Source: an uncultured Sangeribacter sp. (GTDB taxonomy: Bacteria > Bacteroidota > Bacteroidia > Bacteroidales > Muribaculaceae). Taken from it: a stretch of DNA of 64,000 nt. The notes beneath the pieces were generated by a model that ran no database searches, was not told where the DNA came from, and was given only the letters and a program-made list of their open reading frames with translations. Each line of letters begins with the position of its first letter. Position 1 is the stretch's first letter. Made by a program: the position numbers and the translations under genes. The stretch spans positions 14,487-78,486 of the forward strand of contig CAZGEX010000007.1 in the NCBI GenBank assembly GCA_964524385.1. The letters are read 5' to 3'. Below, in pieces: positions 57,898 to 64,000 of this stretch.

Positions 57898-57927
57898 GAG
57901 GATGCCTCTTTTTGGAGACACCCTCAT
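57898..57927 (-). terminator. Terminator hairpin after xseB (second member of the repeated hairpin family)
   Basis: The minus strand reads gagggtgtctc-caaaaa-gaggcatcctc followed by tttgtttt. Both arms are identical to 16798-16824. Confidence 0.65.
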
Positions 57928-57960
57928 ATTCTTAGTCAAGCAAGATTTAATTTGAAAAAT

Positions 57961-58158
57961 TCAGCCTAATTCCGCGAGTATTTTTTTTAACTCATCGTCT
58001 GTTTTTAGCAATTTGGCTTTACACACCTTAAGCAATTCTAGCGACCGAGCTGTGTAGGCAGCCAAATTATCTATATCGCAATTATCTGACTGCATTTTAG
58101 CCAAAATTTGTTCTAATTCGGCAATTGCCTGATTGTAGGATAATTCGTTTGTTCCCAT
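57961..58158 (-). CDS. xseB: Exodeoxyribonuclease VII small subunit
   Basis: 65 aa. SYNQAIAELEQILAKMQ is typical of XseB. Directly downstream of xseA. Confidence 0.9.
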   Translation of the reverse strand: MGTNELSYNQAIAELEQILAKMQSDNCDIDNLAAYTARSLELLKVCKAKLLKTDDELKKILAELG

Positions 58159-58171
58159 ATCTTAAATTCAT

Positions 58172-59554
58172 TTATTTTACAATTGATGTTATTTTGCCAT
58201 CAGACAAGGTCGTAGTAATGACATCTCCGGGCTTAATTTCAGATTCGGATTTGACAGCTTTGCCATTAATTCTTGTAATGGAGTATCCACGTTTAAGCGT
58301 GTTATGCGGCGAAAGGATTTCCACCATATTTTCCGCCTGTCGCAACTTCTGAGATTCTCTTTGGATAACCATATTTACCGACTGTGCAATCGATTGTCGC
58401 TTTAAATCCAGACACCCATTCTCTTTAATCAATATCTGTTTAGCCGACATTTGAATTTTCGAAGACAACGCATCTAAAGTCTTATCAACACTGACTAAAC
58501 GGTTTTTTATAATCAGAGGTAAGGACGAAGCAAGATTATCAAGGCGATTTCTATTTACTGACAGTTGTTTTGCAACAGCCAAAGGAATCATTCCCTCCAA
58601 ATATGAAAGTTGCTGACGACTACCACTGATTTTATCAGTTGCTACGCGTGTGATATTTTCGACTAACGAGCAAGTCCGTTCGAAAACATCTTGTAAGCAA
58701 GAAATCAAAAATTCTGCAGCCGCTGTGGGAGTCTTAACTCGGGTATGAGCAATTTCATCAAGAACAGTTCTATCGCGTTCGTGGCCGATACCGACTACTA
58801 CAGGCAACTGAAATGTGGCTACTCTTCGTGCCAATTCAAGATTGTCAAAACCCTCAAGGTCGCTTGAAGCACCACCCCCTCTTATAATCACCACATAGTC
58901 CCATAAATCGATCGACATTTCTATCTCATCTAAGGCATTGAGGACAGAAGCAGCGGTACGCTCACCTTGTACAACCGCCTCAAATAGATGTGTATAAAAT
59001 ATAAAGCCAGCTTGATTCGACACCAACTGATTCATGAAATCACCATAGCCTGCCGCTTGTGGAGCTGATATAACAGCAATCCTTTGTGGAGCAATCGGAG
59101 CAGGAAGTGCTTTATTATTGTTAATCACACCTTCACGAGTGAGTTGCATGATGATTTCTCGCCGAATTCGTTCCATATCTCCCATTGTGTAGGACGGATC
59201 AATGTCTGTGATATTAAACGACAGGCCGAATTGTTCATGGAAATTCGCCGAGCCACAGACCATTACCTTTATACCTTTGGAAAGGGGCTTACGTGTGGCT
59301 GATTCAAATTTTGGTTTCACATAATTTGCAAACCTCGATGCCCAAATAGTGGCTCTTAATTTTGCGATAGTCGTCCCGGCATCATCCTTTTCAATCAACT
59401 CCAAATAGCAATGTCCACCTCTGACAGCGACGTCACTAAGTTCGGCAATAACCCACCGATTTTGCGTGATTTGACTGCTATGAATCAACCTCGCCAAATC
59501 AGATGTGAATTGGCGAAGAGTGGACGCTTGGGAATTTAATGAGTTTGAAAACAC
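58172..59554 (-). CDS. xseA: Exodeoxyribonuclease VII large subunit
   Basis: 460 aa. OB-fold N-domain (GHCYLELIEKD), catalytic region (IRGGGASSDLEGFDN) and coiled-coil tail. Confidence 0.9.
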   Translation of the reverse strand: MFSNSLNSQASTLRQFTSDLARLIHSSQITQNRWVIAELSDVAVRGGHCYLELIEKDDAGTTIAKLRATIWASRFANYVKPKFESATRKPLSKGIKVMVCGSANFHEQFGLSFNITDIDPSYTMGDMERIRREIIMQLTREGVINNNKALPAPIAPQRIAVISAPQAAGYGDFMNQLVSNQAGFIFYTHLFEAVVQGERTAASVLNALDEIEMSIDLWDYVVIIRGGGASSDLEGFDNLELARRVATFQLPVVVGIGHERDRTVLDEIAHTRVKTPTAAAEFLISCLQDVFERTCSLVENITRVATDKISGSRQQLSYLEGMIPLAVAKQLSVNRNRLDNLASSLPLIIKNRLVSVDKTLDALSSKIQMSAKQILIKENGCLDLKRQSIAQSVNMVIQRESQKLRQAENMVEILSPHNTLKRGYSITRINGKAVKSESEIKPGDVITTTLSDGKITSIVK

Positions 59555-59571
59555 TATCTAACAGGTTTGGA

Positions 59572-60666
59572 TTACTCTTCAGATACATTAACGACTCCTA
59601 TATCTTCGATAGCACCTGTAGTAGGGTCAAATATTACATAGGAAGGTTCCTTTTTAGAATTGAACAACGACGGATTTAGTCCGAAATTAACGCCAAATTG
59701 TGAGAAAGGATGCACTTCATCATATAAAGTCTGACCGAGAAAAGAGATATTGACCGATGCCTCTCCCGGCAGTGTATAGATCACAGCATCTTTAGGCAAT
59801 TTTTTCTCTTCTCCTTTTTCATTTACAGGCAATTCTGCACGTCTGACAATATCGACATCAATATAGACAGGATCGCCCGAATAGTCATCTGCATCGACAA
59901 AACCGGCGAAATCACTTAGACGGAATAGTACGACTTTCGAATCTGACGTATCTGAAGGTACATAGACAAATTTCTTCACAACTGTTTCAGTTTGTACTGT
60001 TCCTACAAAAGCGTCGGTAATTGATTGTTCTTGCTGAGCCAACGAGGCGAGCATCAACTCCAACTGATGGCCATCAGTCGGCATAGATTCAGCCGTACCA
60101 CGCGATAAGCTCAATTTTGCATCACGAATTTCCATTAGTGATTGTGCCAAAATTTGAGCTTTTTTCGCCGATGATTGGCTTACCAAAAAATCTTCAGTAA
60201 CATATTTTAAATATTCATTATCATCGAGTGATGACGGTTGCATTTTTTTAGGGGTAAAACCGACGTTATCGGGCAATTCTTCCGGCTCAACGTTGATGGA
60301 ACGAATCATGCCCGATTCATCTACATAAATCGATGTTAACGCCCCGGATTTCAACTGCATCAGATAGTCTTGCCCGCTATTGATACCGAAGCGACGCACA
60401 TTAAGTCCGGTCAAAGTCCAACTTTCTTTGTCTGCAATTATAACATCAGAAGTACCTATATATTTTTTTGCATAGCTATAAAACGGACCGGATTTTTCCA
60501 CACGATGAGTCACTTCCACTTCAATTTCCAAAGCGGTGGAAGGCAGAGAATAGACTAACCCATATTCGTTATGTTTATCTGCAGTCAAACGTTTAGTCTG
60601 TTGAGCTGAGACAGAACAGAAGATTGATGCAATCACAGCCAACAAAAATGCAAACCTAATTTTCAT
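59572..60666 (-). CDS. Secreted protein, probably DUF4831 family
   Basis: 364 aa with a signal peptide. The family assignment comes from memory of the conserved neighbour of xseA in Bacteroidales. Confidence 0.55.
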   Translation of the reverse strand: MKIRFAFLLAVIASIFCSVSAQQTKRLTADKHNEYGLVYSLPSTALEIEVEVTHRVEKSGPFYSYAKKYIGTSDVIIADKESWTLTGLNVRRFGINSGQDYLMQLKSGALTSIYVDESGMIRSINVEPEELPDNVGFTPKKMQPSSLDDNEYLKYVTEDFLVSQSSAKKAQILAQSLMEIRDAKLSLSRGTAESMPTDGHQLELMLASLAQQEQSITDAFVGTVQTETVVKKFVYVPSDTSDSKVVLFRLSDFAGFVDADDYSGDPVYIDVDIVRRAELPVNEKGEEKKLPKDAVIYTLPGEASVNISFLGQTLYDEVHPFSQFGVNFGLNPSLFNSKKEPSYVIFDPTTGAIEDIGVVNVSEE

Positions 60667-60820
60667 ATCAATAATTTATTTAAGGCAGTTTCCATAAATA
60701 GAACGCTGCAATGTTTAATTTTCAATTTAGTTTTATATCAAGTTTATGGTCGCTTTTGATTTTTATCGATAGTTTTTTTAAAACTCAAAATCTTACCAAA
60801 ATTATTTTATAAAACCTACC

Positions 60821-62347
60821 TTAATTGTTTTTATTCTCAAAAATTTGACGAATGGCAATTCCAATATTATCAATAATATCTGTTGCAATCAGCCCGAACT
60901 CACCTACTTTTTCGGCGGCGATGTCTCCGGCTTTTCCATGCACAAACACACCGATAGCGGCAGCCATCTCAGGCTTATATCCTTGCGAAATAAACGCTGC
61001 AATCACTCCTGTCAAGACATCCCCTGAACCGGCAGTTGCCATACCCGGATTGCCTGTCGGATTGAAATAGACATCTCCGTCCGGACGTATTATTGCAGTG
61101 TAACGACCTTTTAATACAATTATAATCTTGTAATATTGAGCCATTTCAATAGCTTTCTGCAGACGCTCTTCAGAATTTAAATGTTCTCCAAACAATCTGT
61201 CAAATTCGCCGGCATGCGGAGTGATGACGCTCATCGTAGGAATCATCGTCAGCAAAGCCGGACGTCGAGCGATGCAATTTAGTGCATCGGCATCAAGCAC
61301 AAGAGGATTCTTCGAATTTTTTAATAGTCCTTCCAATGCATTTATAGTGTCATCATACACGCCGATACCCGGACCTACGGCTACAGCTCTATGGTCATGA
61401 TGAATACGCATATCGACAATATTACGTTCACTCCTGTCAGGTTCAAACATCACTTCAGGCATAGCAGTTTGAAGCGTATTCATGCCTGTTCTGGCACTAT
61501 GCACAGTGACCAATCCGGCACCGGCACGCATTGCGGCTTTTGAAGCCATTACAGCCGCCCCCATCATTCCCATACTTCCGGCAAACATCAAGACAGAACC
61601 GTAATCACGCTTACCGGAAAATTTTGCTCTCGGTCGCAGCACATTCTTAATCTCCTTCTCTTCTATCAAATAGAAATCGGTTGGAGTAGTCTTTTTAGCC
61701 TCTGCATCAAGTTCTAAATCGATATATTTAATTTCTCCAAGCACATGTTCATACTCTTTGAAAAAGAATGAGAGACGAGGAAATTCAATAGCCAAGGTCA
61801 AATCAGCATGAATCATATATCTTTGACTACACTCACTATTCCATTCTCCAAACATTCCCGAAGGGACATCTATCGACACGACATAAGCACCACTTTCATT
61901 TACATATTCCACAAGCGACTTGAATCCGCCTTGCAAAGGTTCTCTGAGCCCGGAGCCGAACAAACCATCAAGCACCACATCATTTTTGCTTAAATCAGGT
62001 GGAGAAAATTCACGTGTCACCTCGGTGAAATCCACATTATCAAGTGTAATCAAGCGTTTACGTTCCTCATCACAATCGTGCGATAATTTTCCTTTTACAT
62101 TAAACAAAAATATCTCGATATTTCTAAAACCTTGTTCTATCAACATTCTTGCAGTAGCAAGAGCATCTCCACCATTATTCCCCGGTCCGGCAATCACGAC
62201 AATCCGTTTTCCGGGTCGAAATTTAGACATTATTTCGACGCTGATTGCCGATGCTGCTTGCTCCATTAATTCTAAAGAATCAATATTTCGGGCATTGCAA
62301 GTGGCTTTATCTATCTGTTTTATTGCTTGTGAAGTAAATATTTTCAT
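60821..62347 (-). CDS. nnr: Bifunctional NAD(P)H-hydrate repair enzyme (epimerase / ADP-dependent dehydratase)
   Basis: 508 aa. YjeF-N motif AGPGNNGGDA and C-terminal carbohydrate-kinase motif GSGDVLTG. Confidence 0.9.
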   Translation of the reverse strand: MKIFTSQAIKQIDKATCNARNIDSLELMEQAASAISVEIMSKFRPGKRIVVIAGPGNNGGDALATARMLIEQGFRNIEIFLFNVKGKLSHDCDEERKRLITLDNVDFTEVTREFSPPDLSKNDVVLDGLFGSGLREPLQGGFKSLVEYVNESGAYVVSIDVPSGMFGEWNSECSQRYMIHADLTLAIEFPRLSFFFKEYEHVLGEIKYIDLELDAEAKKTTPTDFYLIEEKEIKNVLRPRAKFSGKRDYGSVLMFAGSMGMMGAAVMASKAAMRAGAGLVTVHSARTGMNTLQTAMPEVMFEPDRSERNIVDMRIHHDHRAVAVGPGIGVYDDTINALEGLLKNSKNPLVLDADALNCIARRPALLTMIPTMSVITPHAGEFDRLFGEHLNSEERLQKAIEMAQYYKIIIVLKGRYTAIIRPDGDVYFNPTGNPGMATAGSGDVLTGVIAAFISQGYKPEMAAAIGVFVHGKAGDIAAEKVGEFGLIATDIIDNIGIAIRQIFENKNN

Positions 62348-62460
62348 TATCTTCGATGCTTTTTATAATTTCAAACTACAAAGATAATCAATCGATTGCA
62401 CTTTGCAAAATCATTTTTAAGGCTTCGGATTCTTTTTGAGAATATTGCTCCTCGCCAAAT

Positions 62461-62497
62461 ACAAAAAGAGGAAAAAGCATTTCAACTTTTTCCTCTT
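62461..62497 (-). terminator. Rho-independent terminator after tRNA-Leu
   Basis: aagaggaaaaag/ctttttcctctt 12-bp perfect stem (62466-62477 / 62486-62497), followed on the minus strand by tttttgt. Confidence 0.75.
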
Positions 62498-62501
62498 GCG
62501 G

Positions 62502-62583
62502 TACCCAGACCCGGGATCGAACCGGGATGGGTTGCCCCACTGGTGTTTGAGACCAGCGCGTCTACCGATTCCGCCATCTGGGC
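62502..62583 (-). tRNA. tRNA-Leu (anticodon CAA), class II with long variable arm
   Basis: The reverse complement folds by hand into a cloverleaf. Acceptor GCCCAGA/TCTGGGT (G1-U72 wobble), D-arm GCG-GAATCGGTAGA-CGC, anticodon arm CTGGT-CTCAAAC-ACCAG, 13-nt variable arm, T-arm CCCGG-TTCGATC-CCGGG, discriminator A. CCA is not fully encoded. Confidence 0.9.
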
Positions 62584-62652
62584 TTTTGCGAGTGCAAAGT
62601 TAGTGAAAGTTTTTTATTCCTACAACTGTTTTGCTACTCTTTTTTGCATTTT

Positions 62653-63447
62653 TTATTTTTTCGAATGATTTTGAGATATTTCGTTCATCCAATCATCAAT
62701 CATTTTTCGGGCTAAACTTGGATATGACGGAATTTCAGGGAGATGTTCGACATCGAAAAATTCACCTGCATCAAGTTCTTCATCTACGAAATTAATTTCA
62801 CCATTTTTATAGTCGGCAGTAAAGCCAATCATTAAATTCGCAGGGAATGGCCAGGGCTGACTTCCCACATACTTCACATTTTCTATTTCGAGGGAGGTCT
62901 CCTCTCTTACTTCTCTGACCACACACTCTTCGAGCGATTCTCCCGTTTCTACAAATCCTGCTACGAGTCCGAAAAATGGTCGTGAAAATGTTTTTGCATG
63001 TACGAGCAATGCTTTTTCGTTTTTTCTCACCAACACAAGGATAGCAGGTGATAGTTGTGGAAATATTTCATTATGACAATTATCGCAAATTTTGCTGATT
63101 TCTGTATGACGATGCATTGGTGTGCCACATCTTCCGCAAAATTTATTCTGTTTATGCCAAAAGATTAATTCTCGTCCTTTGCCGGACATTCGGTATTCTT
63201 TTGGAGAAATATTTGGATAAGAAGAACGAAGTTCAATCAGACACATATTGTTGTCACGAATAAAATCTTCATCGACAGAACGCAGTTCGGCAGCACAACA
63301 ACAGCACTCGCTATCTCCGACATTAAATATTTCATCATCCACATCTAATGGAGGTCTATCCCATTGCGGTAGAGAATATTTTCCGTCCTTAATTTTCACC
63401 AAGAGATTACCTCCATTAAATAATACCCAATTTTTAATTTCAGACAT
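62653..63447 (-). CDS. nudC: NADH pyrophosphatase, NUDIX hydrolase with zinc ribbon
   Basis: Zinc ribbon CGRCGTPM...CDNCHN and Nudix box GFVETGESLEECVVREVREETSL. Start placed at ATG 63447 (MSEIKNW). Confidence 0.85.
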   Translation of the reverse strand: MSEIKNWVLFNGGNLLVKIKDGKYSLPQWDRPPLDVDDEIFNVGDSECCCCAAELRSVDEDFIRDNNMCLIELRSSYPNISPKEYRMSGKGRELIFWHKQNKFCGRCGTPMHRHTEISKICDNCHNEIFPQLSPAILVLVRKNEKALLVHAKTFSRPFFGLVAGFVETGESLEECVVREVREETSLEIENVKYVGSQPWPFPANLMIGFTADYKNGEINFVDEELDAGEFFDVEHLPEIPSYPSLARKMIDDWMNEISQNHSKK

Positions 63448-63515
63448 AAATACAAATTTTAAAAGCACAGGAGACTGCAATGCAATCTCCTGTGATATAG
63501 TTTATTATATAGTAT

Positions 63516-64000
63516 TTATTCACCTCGACCGTGACAATTCTTATATTTCTTACCCGAACCACAAGGACAAGGATCGTTTCTTCCGATTTTCGGACCTGCC
63601 TTAATCGGTTGAACTTTTTGATTTGCTCCCGGCTGATTGTTGGCAGCGGCACGCTGAGCATTTTGTCCTTCGTAAGATTCTCGAGTAGTGGAATAGTTTG
63701 CATAGTTAGTTGCATTTGAAGGAGCATATTCTCTGCGGATTTGCTGCTGTTGCTGCTTTCTGCGTTGTTCAGCTTCTTTTGCTTCCGCTGCGGCTTTAGC
63801 TTCTTCAAAATCCGGAATATTTAATTTACCTCTGAGCAAAGTAGCCACTGCTTTTGCATTCATATCTTCAAGCATCTTCTTCCAAAGCTCGTAAGCTTCG
63901 AGTTTATAAATCACGAGCGGATCTTTTTGCTCATAGCTTGCATTTTGCACAGATTTACGCAGTTCATCCATTTCACGAAGTTGTTCTTGCCATGCTTTAT
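63516..64000 (-). CDS. secA: Preprotein translocase subunit SecA, C-terminal part (runs off the window)
   Basis: C-terminal zinc-binding tail [17 protein letters not shown] and [19 protein letters not shown]. The frame stays open to position 64000. Confidence 0.9.
   Translation of the reverse strand, partial: KAWQEQLREMDELRKSVQNASYEQKDPLVIYKLEAYELWKKMLEDMNAKAVATLLRGKLNIPDFEEAKAAAEAKEAEQRRKQQQQQIRREYAPSNATNYANYSTTRESYEGQNAQRAAANNQPGANQKVQPIKAGPKIGRNDPCPCGSGKKYKNCHGRGE

Noticed and set aside
61920-62387. 155-aa ORF antisense to the 5' part of nnr
   Set aside because: The Ser/Pro-rich translation has no motif and lies inside a well-supported gene. It is a shadow ORF.
62396-62668. 90-aa ORF on the plus strand spanning the tRNA-Leu locus
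   Set aside because: It is fully explained by the antisense tRNA gene and its terminator. Its translation is featureless.
63248-63808. ORFs of 118 and 122 aa overlapping nudC and secA on other frames or strands
   Set aside because: They overlap two confidently identified genes (Nudix box plus zinc ribbon; SecA zinc tail) and have no motifs of their own.

Overview
This is a 64-kb chromosomal window from a Bacteroidota (Bacteroidales-type) genome. The assignment rests on TAnnTTTG -7 promoter boxes, T9SS C-terminal sorting domains, ftsX-DUF3098-uppP-truB-queA synteny and typical gene content. Most of the window is housekeeping: pdxA, rlmN, metK, recO, greA, queA, truB, uppP, ftsX, adk, hpt, gltX, waaA, asnS, a murF-alr fusion, xseAB, nnr, nudC, the 3' end of secA and one tRNA-Leu(CAA). 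Four accessory patches stand out. (1) At 38.6-44.8 kb there is a tightly packed, visibly AT-rich operon. It encodes a 94-aa double-glycine-leader peptide with a Cys/Thr/Ser/Asn-rich core, a radical-SAM/SPASM maturase, an outer-membrane beta-barrel, a C39-peptidase ABC exporter and a truncated HlyD adaptor. This is an experimentally uncharacterised RiPP system, possibly thioether-type, and the best candidate for something new. (2) At 14.1-18.6 kb two orphan AAA+ ATPase / nuclease-like genes are each bracketed by long direct duplications of local sequence. (3) At 50.6-52.3 kb there is a tripartite HipB-HipS-HipT-like toxin-antitoxin operon with a four-site operator array. (4) At 0.2-5.0 kb there is an inositol-lipid type cluster (MIPS, HAD phosphatase, CDP-alcohol phosphatidyltransferase, NTP transferase) with an unexplained ATP-grasp gene. 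No rRNA, CRISPR array, transposase or integrase was seen. All protein calls come from motif recognition in the supplied translations; no database search was possible.
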